Shown in pieces: positions 1 through 13,600 of a stretch of DNA of 64,000 bases. Positions within the stretch are counted from its first letter, which is position 1, and every line of letters begins with the position of its first letter. The notes under the pieces were generated by a model, which was not told the DNA's origin, made no database searches, and saw only the letters and a list, made by a program, of their open reading frames with translations. Source of the stretch: Cystobasidiomycetes sp. EMM_F5 (lineage: Eukaryota); contig JBPGPT010000010.1 in assembly GCA_051047955.1 (NCBI GenBank), forward strand, positions 372,001-436,000. The letters run 5' to 3'. A program made the translations under genes and the position numbers.

Positions 1-11
1 TATTTCAACAG

Positions 12-952
12 GACTATCAATCCATCGTCGATGCAGAATGGAAAATCATCTACACCAAGCTAGAGGCTATTGCGAACACTGGAGCTAAAGTCGTGCTGTC
101 CAGGTTACCTATTGGTGATCTGGCGACACAGTACTTTGCCGACCGTGATATCTTCTGTGCTGGACGAGTAGCGAATGACGATTTAAAACGCGTCGTTAAG
201 GCAGTCGGTGGTCAAATACAGTCAACAACGTCGGACATTCGTGCGGAACACATCGGGACATGCGAACTCTTTGACGAGCGACAAATAGGCGGGGAGCGAT
301 TCAACGTGTTTGAAGGGTGTCCAAACGCCAAGACGGCAACCATGATCCTGCGCGGTGGTGCCGAACAGTTTATTGCCGAAGTGGAACGATCATTACACGA
401 CGCCATCATGATTGTCAAGAGGGCAATAAAGAACACGCATGTCGTAGCGGGCGGGGGAGCAGCGGAAATGGAATTGTCTAGATTCTTGCGAGAGAAGAGT
501 AGGACGATAGAAGGCAAACAACAACTCATCATGGCTGCATTCGCCAAGGCGCTTGAGGTCATCCCGAGGCAATTGTGCGACAATGCAGGCATAGACGCCA
601 CTGATATTCTCAACAAGCTACGAATGTTGCACGCTCGCGGCGAGACGTGGGCAGGCGTGGATGTTGAGAATGAGGGTGTCGCCAACAACATGGAGAAGTT
701 CGTCTGGGAGCCAAGTGTTGTCAAGATCAATGCCCTCTCTGGCGCTTGCGAAGCTGCGTGTCTGATACTAAGGTAAGATGGATACTTCTTCGACAGTCCT
801 CCACTAGCTGACATTCCTTCCTACCCTTCAGTGTGGACGAGACGGTCAAGAACCCTCAATCTGAAAAGCGTGATGCAGGCCCTCAAATGCCGCGTGGCGC
901 GATGCGTGGTGCAGTCCGAGGGAGAGGTAGAGGCATGGGACGAGGGCGGTAG
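12..952 (+). CDS. CCT7: T-complex protein 1 subunit eta (CCT7), 3' part; gene starts before the window
   Basis: [10 protein letters not shown]...[49 protein letters not shown] and VWEP motifs are typical of CCT-eta. An intron at 773-831 joins to a last exon ending in an RG-rich tail ([13 protein letters not shown] 950-952). Confidence 0.93.
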
Positions 953-1117
953 AAGGCATTGTCGGCAGTGATTCAATGTAGTTGCGTCGTTAGGGCAATG
1001 CAGTCCAATCCTGAAGATTTCGCAATGCAATTTCTACCACTTCGCCACGTCTGCGACGCAAGTGCTTTTCTACATTGAATGAGCGATACAATGCCGATAT
1101 AGGTGTTGATGTCATAA

Positions 1118-3095
1118 TTATGCCTCCTGTCCCTTTGGACGCTGATTTGGCTCGGGTTTGAAGGCTTGCAGACCGGTAATTGCCTTGCCTGAAGATTGAG
1201 ACAGAGACATGCTCAGCTGATTTACGCCAAAACTGTGTTCCCTGCTATCGCTTACCAAGGATGAGAGCGTGAATGTCGTGAGTTCCCTCGTCTGCGAAAG
1301 GGAAAGACATCTCAGCGCTTCCTGCCGCACAAGTGCGGCGTGAATATACACTGACAGGTATTGCAGATCCACAGGTTCTGGGCATGGCGACCAATATGAT
1401 ACTCGTCGACAATGCCGTTGCCACCGAGTACATCAAGAAGTATCCGTGCATGATCCAGAGACTTTCCGCAGTTGTTTCGCTTAAGCATAGAGATCATTTC
1501 TGGTGCATAGGTTCCTGCGTCTTTGAGTCGGCCAAGTTGAATTGCGCTGACCAGACCAAGTGTGGCTTCGACGTGTGCGTCTGCTAGCTTTTTCTGTATA
1601 AGTTGGAAGGAAGCTAGCGGTACGTTGAATTGGTATCGGTCGAGAGCGTAGTCTCTTGCACGCTCGATGCAGTCCTCCAGTGCTCCGAGCACGCCGTAAC
1701 TTATGCCGAAGCGGGCATTACTGTTGACGCATGTCAGCCGAAGGGAGCCATTGAACAATATTAAGCGACCTACTTCAGGCAGCTGAATGGCCCCTTTAAT
1801 CCAGAAACCTTCTCCAGCATATTGTCTTGTGGGACGTGTACATCTTCCATGTAGACTTGATACATGGACAATGACGATATGTCAGCTAGTTTCTTTCTTA
1901 ACACGGTTCTTGCGACTCACTTGACCCAGTAATACTAGCTCTCAGTGCCAATTTGTTCTTGATATGCGGTGCCGTCAAGCCTTTCGATCCCTTGTCCATC
2001 ACAAAACCTCGGATCTTGCCATCCCATTCGCACTTCGCCCACACTACAAAGACATCTGCGACTGGAGAATTTGAGATCCACGTCTTGCTGCCTGATACGA
2101 TGTATCCTCCTCCTTCTGGAGCTTCTTTTGCAGTCGTCACCATCCCCGAAGGATCTGAACCGTGTCCTGGCTCAGTCAGTCCCTGCGAATGCGAGAGTTG
2201 GTCAGATGATGTCTGGGCAGAGCGTATGATGGGCTTACGAAACATCCAATAATCTCGCCTTTTGCCAGTCGGGGCAGGTACTTCTCCTTCAGCTTTTCGG
2301 AGCCAAAAGCGTCTATCGGGCGTGATCAGCCATTCGGACGCAAAAGAGGAATGGCATTAAGTGTCTGCTCACATATAGGATACATGACAAGCGAACTCTG
2401 CACCGACATTGCCGAACGGTACCCTGAATCCACTCTGTGAGAGATGGCTTTAGTATGGCATAGTGATGTCCAATACGTGGTACGCGTGTTCTCTCACCTC
2501 TCGACCTCCCGCGCTATCAAGCCGTATGCCACGCTCGACACGCCTGCGCATCCGTAGCCTTGTATAGTGGCACCCAGCAGACCTAGTTCACCCTGTGCAT
2601 CCAAGTCAGACGGACACGTTGTTCGATGAGAGTAGACGACAGACCATCTCTGACAGAATCTTGGGGTCAAAGGTTTCGTTTCTGTATGCATCAATTACTC
2701 TGGGCATCAGGTTTTCCTGGAAATAGACAACCGTCTTAGCCAAGTTGGCGAATCTGCTTTTGCGAGACGGCTGACTTGACAGTAGTCGTGTGCAGTCTCT
2801 CTAGAGGTATCACAGCCGAGCAGTCAGTTGCGCTTGCTTACGGACAAGTCTCCGATTCATGGACATACTTGATTGCAACTTCGTCTTCTGTCAACAGGGT
2901 ACTCTCGATACGCAAAGCATCCTTCCAGTCGTAGGGCACGAAGCCTCCGGATGCTTTCGGCGGTGCTTCAGCAGTCTTGCGCGATGGGAATGTCGAGAAT
3001 AGCGCTCGTTGTCGCAGGCTTCCACAGCCTGGAACGACTTGCTTTCCCGCAGCCGCGACAGACTGTCTCAGCATTGTCGATGCAGGTGCATTCAT
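1118..3095 (-). CDS. GCDH: Glutaryl-CoA dehydrogenase (acyl-CoA dehydrogenase family), mitochondrial precursor; multi-exon
   Basis: Exon peptides [79 protein letters not shown] and [17 protein letters not shown]. The N-terminus is Arg/Ser/Ala-rich, like a presequence. Confidence 0.92.
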
Positions 3096-3431
3096 CTTGC
3101 GGAGTATGCTGTTCCGTCAGGAAACGGATAGCTGTCGAATTGCTCAAAAATGATTGCAAGGTCCCACGACACAGTCCCACCCCGGCTCAGTTGTGCCCGG
3201 TTTCCGGTGATTGTCGGGAAATGCAAAAATTGATCCTTTCTGGCCTTTCAAGCAGGCCAATATGTTCTAAGAATGTACGAGTAACAGTTGGTCAACTTGC
3301 TGGCTCAAAAAGCTGCACTTTTGTAATTCAGATATGCATAGCCGGTCAACCGGTGCCTGTCAAGTGACGGCGTCAGAGTCCGAGTTGAAAATGTTTCTTT
3401 GTTACCAACTGCTCGCAGCCTGACTCCCACC

Positions 3432-4496
3432 ATGGCCTCGCTCGTCACCAACCAGATAATACTCCACCCGTTCGTGACAGACTCGCTCAAGGTAGCGGCG
3501 ACGACGGGTGAGTGGGGCCGTGTTCACGCGCAAAACGACCAGCTGATGGTGCATATTGAACTCGATGGTCAGTCGGAAGGGACAAGGTGAGGTGGTGTTT
3601 GGGTTGTGCGTGGGCGCCGCATCTGATAAGCTGGTCTCGGACAGGTCTATCGGTCTGTGCAGTATGGGGCAAGATTCCTGGCATGGTACTACGCCCAACG
3701 CGGCTTCAGCAAGGGGAGCGTCGCCCAGATGAGCGCTATCAAGAGTGCTCTGGGAAGTGCTCGCAAGGGTGGGCGGGAGAGAACCGCACCAATTAGTATG
3801 ACAATTGACCTCGCTCGCTCGCAGTCATGCGCATTGGCAAGCCAGCAGAGCATCTGCAAGCTGCAGTAAAGGCGGCTGCTATCGGCGACCCTATTCTCAA
3901 GCTCCTTGCTATCGTCCGCCAATTGGGCTATGCCGTGTATCTCTTCAATGACCAGTTCCTCTGGGTGCGTCTAGCAAAACCCGCGCACCCAAACTCAAGA
4001 CTGACAGAAATTATCTCTCGCAGTTTCACGCTATGCGCATCAAAGTGTATAGCAAAGACCGCTACGAAGTCATCAACAGGCAAGCTGCCAGATTTTGGGC
4101 CATCGGCATCGGTGAATTACAATCTCCGCTTGTCTCGCTTAGTTGCGCATCTTTTCTGACCACCGCCATCCCATTCCTCCTCATCTTGCAGCTGCATCCA
4201 TTCTTTCGGGCATCTACAAGCTGCGTGGAGTTGCACTCAAACAAGCCCGTGCCGCACAGAGCGTGCGCAGCAGCCCAGAAAAGGAGGCGGATCGTAAAGT
4301 AGAAATCAAGGCGCTCGCTAAAGCCTACACCGATACGAGATACCAGCTCGTACAAGACTTGTTTGACTTTGTCCTGCCAATGACGACACTCGGTTACTTT
4401 AATCTGAATGAGGGCGTTCTGGGCCTCGCGGGCCTGGCATCCTCCTTGATGGGACTCAATAGCCAGGTCAACAAGGTTCTGGTTGCTCCAAAGTAA
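3432..4496 (+). CDS. PEX11: Peroxisomal biogenesis factor 11
   Basis: Spliced N-terminus ...TT|VGRDK|VYRSVQYGARFLAWYY uses a 14-nt microexon (3573-3586). Also present: RK..RIGKPAEHLQAA, RQLGYAVYL, and a C-terminal LVQDLFD...EGVLGLAGLASSLMG segment. Confidence 0.88.
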
Positions 4497-4802
4497 GTCA
4501 ATGTATTCGTGACAGGCGCGGATGAGCAGGCTGAGCATAATTATTTGGTAGGGCTGTATCTGGTAATCAGAGTTAGTCTGTTGAATTTGGATTCCCAGTC
4601 TGCTCGGCTGGACATTTCCAAGAATACAATCGTTTATGGTATCGAGACAGACTCGAGTATAGTTTATGGTAGAGGGACGTAGATCAATGGGTAAAGCACA
4701 TCCTCAACACTAGCACGGAAGGCACCAACTGACACATCGACGTCGCAATGATTAATAAGTCTACTGCTAGGTTCGCCTTCCTTTGTGGCTGTATTGTTCC
4801 CT

Positions 4803-7187
4803 TCACTGCTCCGTCGGAGCGACCTTTACTTTGTATGCCAAAGCCGGCTCGTCGGTCTCGACCGTCTTCTTCACTTGATATGCCAATGTCAAATTCTCGT
4901 CCGCATCCCCTGGCGTATGTAACTGTCTTTCCAGCTGACTCTCCCGAGATACAAGCTTAGCTTGGTCTGGTTTGTTATTGACGGGCACCTGACGGTGTGT
5001 CAGGTTTCCGCTGAAGTAATCTATACTCTCTCTCGTCGCACCAGTCATGATTGGTGCTTCCATCGCAGTGTGGTACGCATCCGTGCCGAATGTCGCGTTT
5101 GTAGCGAGCGGTATGTTGTAGTCCTTTGATGCGTTCGCGTCTGCCGCAATCTTGACTCGGCCTTTGCCAGGCTCTGCAGGTAGGTCTCCATGACTTGACA
5201 ATCCTGACGTGCCATTCACAATCTTTGGCAATCCTTCGGTCGATGCTGGTTCTGACGAAGTATGTGTGTCTGCAGGAATTGCCGACTTCTCTTTAACAAT
5301 CGTAGAGGCTTTCTCCGTCTTCCTCGAGGTATTTGGGTTGATTGCCCCTTTATGCATACAAAATGCTTTCACAGAGTGCTTGTGGCGGTACACAGTCGGA
5401 TTCCCAGCTTTGTCAAGCCCGCGCTTGGATGAGAATAGTTTCCATCCGCCTCTCGCCTTACCAGCTTTGCCGCCGTCCACCCTCTTCTCTGTTGTTGCGG
5501 TGGCTGCAGAAGGAGGGGAGGTCACAGCCGGTTTTGTAGTTGCAGCTTGTGCAGCAGCAGGGCTCGACTTGATGACTTCAGGCTGTGCATTGCCGGTCCC
5601 TATAGAGGTTAGGGCGACTGGCGCAGTAGTGGAGTCGACAACTGGTGCAGCAGACGGTGCAGCAGACGGTGTCGCGGCAGGGGCAGGCACTGAGGACTGA
5701 GTAGTGCTTGGTGCTGTAGCTGCAGTAGAGTTTGGAATTGTTCCAGGCTCGGCTGCAGGTGGAGTCTCCTCTTGCTTTGATCCTTTCGCAGCATGATGAG
5801 AAGCTGCAGCTACTCCAGTAAGTCCTGCCGCAGCCAGTGCGACCTGGCTGGCAATCTCCTGCCGATTTCGATGTTCAGGATCTGACGGATCTACCGGCTG
5901 ATTCGGCGCGCTCATGAGTTTCGAATAAGCCTCATCAGTCGTGTTGCTGTTAACAAGGTCGTCGGCATGGAGTGCATGTATCTCCTCGTCCGTCTTGTGC
6001 GTCCCTTCTTTGGCTGCTACCGCAGCAATTTCAGCCTCTTCGGCTTCCCGTCTGCGTCTCTCTTCGTCAGCCGTCTTGTTTGAGTGCAGAGTCTGAGCAG
6101 TGAGTGTACGCTGCTTCTGAGTCGGCCGTGTGTGATCCGGATCGTCCTTTGGCGCAGAGTCTTCTCTCGTCCCATCGTCCTTTACTCCGCAATAGTGGGA
6201 GATTGCAGGTAGATAGACACGACTATCGTATATATACTCGTGAGTACCACCAAATTCAACGTCCAGCTGCTGCTTTGGGATGAGTTCCGTTAAGTGCGGG
6301 TTGAACTTGATCTTATCCCTCGTTCTGGGGTCTAGGAAGGGTTGAAGAACCTTGAAAAAGCCAGCAAGATACCACGGTACATTAATGACGATACCCCTGC
6401 CCAAGCGCTCGCAGTAATGATTTTGTAGAATATGAATGACTTGTTTGGCAGTATCTAGAGATGGGTTGTTTTGTGATGTAGCGCCGTAGTAGTCAACGAC
6501 TAGTGCTACTTTGGTCACGCCGGATGGCATGATATCTATAGCTCGCTCAAGATGGAAGATAAGATGTCGGATCTGAAGAGGGCTTGGCTTGGTGTTCTCT
6601 CGCGAAGGTCTCATCCAAATGATGGGGCGACCTTCATTGTCAAAACCGTTGACATAGCTGATATGGAGATGGTTATAAGACTGAAATCGTTCAACGCAAT
6701 TTAAGGCTGCCTCGACTTACACCTTCCCGCCTTCCGCTTCCACTGCAATCTCGGAGGGCTTGATGAGGTCAGGACGGTATTCGCGCCGCCAGCGTAACGA
6801 GTCCTGCATTCTCCGCTTTGCTTCCTCTAATTTCCACCCGCTCGCGCGCATATATCTTGGGTATGTATCCGGACTCTGCAAGAACCGTTTCTCCCATTTG
6901 GCATATTCTTCATAGTCTTCGTCAGACTGCCTCAGAACCAGGTGCGATTCGGTGAACTCCTTCAATTCGTGCAGCATGGCTTGTTGATCGTCGCTGAATG
7001 GCGGATCGGGCTTGACAGTGTATTTGCCGGGAATAGGACGCCATACGGCTATTCTAGTAGGCCCCTCTCCCTCGGCAACCTCACTCTGACCCTCTTCAGA
7101 GACGTGAATGTCCCGTGTAGTAGTCCCCGGTGGTAAACTTGGCCTGTGCGCTGCCTCATAGTGCTTATCGTGCTTGTGTCCGACCAT
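4803..7187 (-). CDS. CRAL-TRIO (Sec14/Pdr16-like) lipid-binding protein with a long disordered C-terminal extension
   Basis: RYMRASGWKLEEAKRRMQDSLRWRREY, NGFDNEGRPIIWMRP and ILQNHYCERLG...FFKVLQPFLDPRTRDKIKFN. One intron near 6657-6720. Confidence 0.88.
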
Positions 7188-7526
7188 AGTTGGATAGCTT
7201 GAAGTGGAGGCCTTGTATCTAGATCGTGCGTGTGCTTCAAAAGTTGTTCGATATTATTCAGGTATTTTTCAGGATCGTATCTGGATATCGTGTGTGTATA
7301 TTTTCTGACGGCTCGAGCTGGAGCGCCAAAGTTATATCGCACGATAGCAGATGTCAGCGCTTGGGAGTGTTCATACAGTATCAGAATATCAAGGTTTCAT
7401 AGTCCCGGTTTCATTGCCAGCAAGTCAAGAGCAAAGATCATCATCCGGCTACGTCAAATTCCGGATATTGGCCAGCTTGACAGTGCATCCTGACAACTGC
7501 TTTCTCTGCTCAGCGAGTATTATAAC

Positions 7527-8229
7527 ATGGCGCTAACTTCTGTTGGACTGTGGAAAGCTGGCGCGGCTCTAGTCTGTCTCAGTCGGATAATGCTTATGGC
7601 GACCTCGCGTCCTGACGTTTCTGACTTGATTCCCATGACAAGAGCGCGACAGCCATTGGGACTGGAGCCTTTGGAGCTCATGCTTTATCGAAAAGATTGG
7701 GCGATAAAGGGGGCGCAACGTGGTCGATGGCCTCGTGCGTCCGACTCGTGCAAATCGATTTGAAACTTGAACATCGCTCATTGCGCTGTTGATCCATTCC
7801 CTCAGTAATTACCTACTCGCCAACGGAATAGCTTTGCTGGCCATCTCTCAGCATCCCCGCTTCTCTGGAACTTCTGTCGTCGGATTTAGACGATATGCCG
7901 GCACACTGATAGCAGCAGGCGCAGTAACATTCTCCGGTTCCATTTTCCTATTACTGCTGGACAGAGCTAGGTATGTAAAGGGTGTCCTCATGCGGTTTCA
8001 CCCAAGTAACACCGTCTGCATGTCAGATTTCGCTTTATTGGGCCTGTTACCCGTGAGTTCGGTTGTAAAGGCACTCAACAGGCTAATCATATTACGCCCA
8101 TACTCCACGCTTTAGCCTTAGGAGGTCTCGTATGTAACTTTGGCAGAAATTCTCAAACGACAACACTGACTCAAAGGCTCGGCCCGGCTGCAGTCTATGA
8201 TTGCAGGATACATAGCTTTAGCCTTATGA
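7527..8229 (+). CDS. TMEM256 / DUF423 family small membrane protein; multi-exon
   Basis: Spliced C-terminal part reads NYLLANGIALLAI...FSGSIFLLLLDRARFRFIGPVTPLGGLSMIAGYIALAL*. GPVTPLGG is the family motif; it needs the 14-nt microexon at 8116-8129. Confidence 0.8.
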
Positions 8230-8606
8230 GCGGAGAGGAGTAATCACGAGCATGTCGCCAGGCATACGACCCTATTGAGAGACAACGCGAATTACTCCCG
8301 CCTCTGCCGACGCCTCCTACTGCAGTCTCGTTGGGTGGTGGGCACCGAATCAGTAGCAAACTCGGGGCATGTTGCATTGGTTGACAACTAACACCGCGCA
8401 GAACTAAAACACAGCTGATTCACGACTTTGCTGCACGGTCTTGCCGAAGACATCGCCTGCTACACAGGCCCTAGTTAACGCTGGCACAGCCGGCCAGGTT
8501 GAGGTAGCTCGTATGGCCACACTCGCTTTCGACTGACCCCTGCCTGTCATCCGGGTTGACCTGCTAAGCTTCTGCTGGAAGTAGTGTCCCTACCGAGCTG
8601 CCGGTC

Positions 8607-9710
8607 ATGGGCAATAAGCTGTCTCGCCGTGCACGCAGTCCAGACCTGTACGCCAGAGCAGATAGATCAGACGGCTACGCTAGGGACCATCTCTATCACT
8701 ACGGCACAGGTTTCACAGACGTGGACCGTCGTATTGAGGACAGTCGAGCTCAGGATCGGCGATATGAGACTCCTGGTATGTTTTCCGTAATTCTGATTTA
8801 TGCGTGTGAGATGCTTACATCGTGATTGTATAATCTCGCGAGACAGAAGAGCAGCAACGTCGACTGCGACGAGAGCAACGGCAGAGAGATGCAGAAATAG
8901 ACTATCAGTATCGAGTCTCGAACTACCCTCGTGATGAAAGGGCCACTAGACGTCCCCGTCGCCCGCCGTCGCTCGACGATTTTTTAGCGACGGACTATCG
9001 GCCAGATCCTGCGGTGCACGATAGTCATGAACGGAGTCCAGTCCGCGACAGACGTCGGATTGTTGACAATCGCCTTGACGACCCATCTGGTTATTATCCG
9101 ACGGAACTTCGCCCGGTCGGTGGAGCCCGCAATGATCGTTCAAGGAGGCAACATCGCGACAGACGTTCGGACAGTCACAACAATTACTATCCTCGCGACG
9201 AGGCTTACAACTCTCGACCAGCTCAGCAGCAATTTATCCATTTGCTAGACCACGGCCAACGCAATCCACACCGACGAAGCGGAGTTCGCGATGTACGCCG
9301 AAGTGCTCGGCCAGTCATTGGCAACGAGCGACGTGATGCGTTCGCTAATGACGAGCGCGAACCTCGTAGAAGCCGTCGAAATCGCAACGATCGATGCAAT
9401 TGTTCCGACTGTAGGAGGCCGATGAGACGAAACCGAAGGCGTGGCTCCGATCATTCTCAGTCGAGTCACACTACATCTTCTTCGGGCAGCAGTGGCAGCA
9501 GTGGCAGCAGTGGCAACAGTGGCAGCAGCAGTAGCGGTAGCGGCAGCAGCAGCTACTTCAGTCGGAGCAGCGCAAGCCGTAGCGGCAGTGGCAGCGAATA
9601 CAGACGCTCGGACGCGTCCAGGTAAGTCATCTGTACTTTCTGGCCACTGGTGTAGTCCATCATCGCTTGCTTGGACTAGGTGCAAGTGGGGAAAGGCATG
9701 TATAGCTTGA
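8607..9710 (+). CDS. Hypothetical Arg/Asp/Ser-rich low-complexity protein; 3' end uncertain (9625 if unspliced, 9710 if spliced)
   Basis: The ATG at 8607 (MGNKLS) is followed by a GT-AG intron (~8777-8846) that joins in frame to the 9014-9625 ORF. A GTAAGT donor overlaps the stop at 9623-9625. Confidence 0.5.
9484..9594 (+). repeat. Imperfect (GGCAGCAGT)n / AGC-rich coding microsatellite
   Basis: ggcagcagt ggcagcagt ggcagcagt ggcaacagt ggcagcagc..., encoding SSG repeats. Confidence 0.85.
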
Positions 9711-10639
9711 GACATATTCATTCTGACCGACGGCTTCGTAAGCGCTGACGATCAAATAATCTGTGTGCTGATCGCGTTTGCGATATATTGTCGTGCGCTC
9801 ACCTGCAAAAGGTAGCATTGCGAGCAATTTCCGAACCCTGACACACTGGTAGATGTCTGGCAGAAACCCAACGTCAGCAGTGTCGATGCGTCCAAGAGCG
9901 CGCTACTTGACAAGATGAATGCTGGTATAAATCCCCTCCTACTGGGACTGCTCATATATGAACATTGCATGCACATCTTAATGCACTCACAACGCGACCC
10001 AGGTGATCTACTGCCACGGTTCACTTCCACAGCAGGTCAAGGCTATCTAAACGGTGTCAAGAACGCTGGTGCGGAGTTGACATCGAGTTTTGCGCCAAAG
10101 CATATATATCTCGCCGTCAAAGTCTCCGCATGGGCAGGTTTATTGCACAAATGTCAAAGTGGACGGCTAGGATCACGTTGTGAACCAAGTGTTGTGTTGT
10201 TGCTACCTGCTGAAGAGGTACGTCTCGTCGAAAGGTTCAGTGTAACCAGCCTGATTCTTGTGGGGTAGGTAAGACAGTCACATCTTTACCAAGAAAATCG
10301 GCCTGGTAGAAAGAGCTAGGAACGTCAATTGTGCTGCAACAAGTTCGATAAGCTTAAGCTTGACTGTGCTTGCAACTTGCCATAGAATGGCTACCATACC
10401 TGTAACTTGAATTGCATGAAAGTCAACGGACAATTGATGTTGGCATTGCGCAACCGACAGCTCTGGCCGAAAGCGTACGAACAGTCTTGACGAAATACTG
10501 AGTACCTGCAACATGTCGGCAAGATAGTCCCTCCATGACAAAATGTTCCGATATGACTCTCAATGACCTGAACACTAGACGGCGCGGGTAAGACGGTCGA
10601 AGGGATACTGGGCGACACACGTCAAACAAATAAGGCGGC

Positions 10640-13600
10640 ATGGACTCTTCTGACGATAGCTACGCTCATGCTGGCCCGAGCAGACTGCGGCATGCAACTA
10701 CGCCGTATGACGCCACTGACAGCAGACCTCATACGACCAAGCGAGTTGCACGCAGGAGTGCTACTCTGCCGATAGACGCAGGCAGCTCCATTCCTGCAAT
10801 GTACGATGGCAAAGGCAAGGGCAAAGCTGTCTGGGAAGACGCCAACGATAACGTCTATCATGAACCGCAACGGTTTTCATGGCAGAGACCGGACGTATCG
10901 CAGACGCCTCTGATGCATGTGTCTCCCTCCAACAATCGAGCGCAAGGAACCTCGCGTCCTAAGCGCAAAAGCGTGAGCAAGAACACGCCCGGCGCTGGGC
11001 TCCTCGATTCGCCAAATACAAGTAGACCTGTATCATGGCACGCAGATATGGTCCACAACGGTGCTTCAACAGATAGTCACGAAGACATCGCTTGCGACGA
11101 TTCTCACACCTTTAGGCACCAGAATCGGTACTTGCTCGGCGGCGAACTTGCACTTACACCGGATTCAAGCTATCGGAAACGCAAAAGCCACCCACTCCGG
11201 GCGGTCTCGGACTTCGTTTCGTCCTCGCCGTCGTCTGGGCCACTGAATGCCCGAAATCTGCGTTCGGCCGAACTTTCAAGTGCCATGTCCGCGTCTCCGC
11301 CGCGTGGAGACTCGAAACCCAGCCCGGTCCCTTTTACACCGCAAGAGCTCAACGAAGCCTTTGCCCGCAAGAATGGAATAACCCCTCTGCCTCCGGAACG
11401 AAGTTTACGCTCATCGCCTAGAATAATTGATAACACGAGATTTTCTAATATGAGCAACGGGCCCACCAGTGTTCGTAAGCGTGCGAGGAGCGCGGCTCTT
11501 GCTACTCTTATTCCCTCCGCAGTGACATCTGAGAAAGACGGTACATCCACACCGCAACTCCACATGCCACGATCCTTCTCCGAGCATGCTATTAGTCGCG
11601 AAAGGGGTCAAGTACGTCTCCGACAAGATAGCAACGCCAGTACCCGTCAGTCGCGGCGCCAACCGCAGACTCCTTTGGACGTCCAGCAGTCCGAGCCCAT
11701 ATTGCGACCGCGCGATCGCAAGCGTATCAAGTCTGATGTGTCGATGTCTGAATCCTCACATCGCACTTCGCTTGCAGACGATGGCGGTCAGTCTATTGCG
11801 CATGCTCTATCTCGTCGCGAAAAGACAACGTCTCCGATAAAATTGTCTGATGGCCCGTCTCTTCGAGAGCTGCTAAGTCAGGTGGACATTGATAAGAGTA
11901 GAGCTCTGTACCGCGAGATACAAACGGCCCAATCAATCAAAAGGTCTGATACTTCAGCAGCAGGATCCACTGCCTTTCACAGAACGAGTGATAATATCGC
12001 GGATCTCATGGAGCCCAAACACTCAAGAACCAGCACCCACGGCAGTCTCAATGCCAAAACCATTTCGTCTGGTGGTCCTGACTCAACCAACAGCGCGTTC
12101 GCTTCAGCAAATGGGACATTACAGGACGGCACAGTAAGAGTCCACTTCAGCCCGTCAAGCGATCATCAGACCGATCGCAGCGGACTTTCTATGCCAAAGC
12201 GTCGGAACCGCTTCTCTGTGAATTCGCTATTCCATCTCGCAAACAAGGACAAGATCGCCAATGAGGATGCACGCAATAATTTCATGGCATCTGAGCATTC
12301 CGATAATCCTGTTACAATACTCGCCCGCATCAGTCCCGAAGGCTTACGTTACGCAACAGACGTCAAGCGCGAACTTGAGGCTCGCTACACTGTGATTTAT
12401 ACAGCTTTAGCAAGACAGCAGACTCCTCCGAATCCAGCGGCTGTTGCTCGATGGAGGTATCGTCGTGCGCAAAGCAATATGCTCAATGGGCAAGACGACG
12501 AGCCTGCGCCAGACAGCATGTCAATGATCGACCGCATGCGTCCGAGGAAAAGTCGGCATCCGTTGTGGGAGATTCACTCTGATGACTACGATGCTTTCGT
12601 ATTTTCTGGCGGTGCCATACTGGCTGGACAGACTGCCAATCAGAACGCAGATAGATCGAAATCCGCAGGGAACAGCGGATCTGTGTTGGCTTCTGGAACT
12701 CTGACATCAGCAAATGGGAATGCTCGATTGTCGAGACACCTGTCTTCGGATATGTCGGATATATCTTCGCAGCGCGGACCGTATCAACAGCAATTGACAG
12801 GAAATAAATACGCCGGACATAGTCAACATCGTTACAAAGATTCTCTTGGCAGCAGTGTCTTCTCTCCAACCTCGACATATTCTTCATCTCTGCAAGGACG
12901 CGAAAATGGATCCGTGCAGCCTCGTGATCCGTATTCGCCTTCTATAGCAAGTCCCGCTTCACCAGGTCAGATCAGCCTGGTTCGAGATGGCAGGCACAAA
13001 TACGATGCTAGCGGATCCTCATTCAACTTGACTGGCCTACGCGGAGACTTCAACGATCGTCTGGGCAGTCTCGGTTCGACGTCAGCGACATCCAATCCAT
13101 TCCGTACGGATGCGGAAGAGAAGGCGCGTAGCCTTATACAATCACATTTACGACAGCATCACGACAACGAGGATAGCGCAGCAGCCGTGCGTACGCTGCT
13201 CAAGGAGTCTCATAGCGATGGAGAGAGACCGACGTTCTCCAGGCGTTCCTCGAAAGCCGCATCCCTGGGCATCTCCAATTTGTTCGGCCCATTTCGTGGC
13301 CGCCGCGCAGGTACAGACACTGATGGCTACCGAACTTCGGACGCAGAAGATCGATCAGGCTCTCGCTATAATCTACTCCGGCCCGTCCCAGTCTTGCGAC
13401 GATCGAACCTGTCCGGCAATAGCAAGTCTGAGATAGACCCATCCAGCACTCGAGCTCCACCGAGCGTCGAGCTGAAGCCCGTTACTGATCACAGCGCACT
13501 CGTGCGTCCACATTCTCGCACGCCACGAGTGGCAGAGCTGGCTGATACGCATGTCCGAAAGATTGATCAGTATGTCGATTAATTTATATTCGCGCGTGTA

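Noticed and set aside
9245..9721. Poly-Ala ORFs on both strands
   Set aside because: They are alternative frames of the GGCAGCAGT microsatellite.
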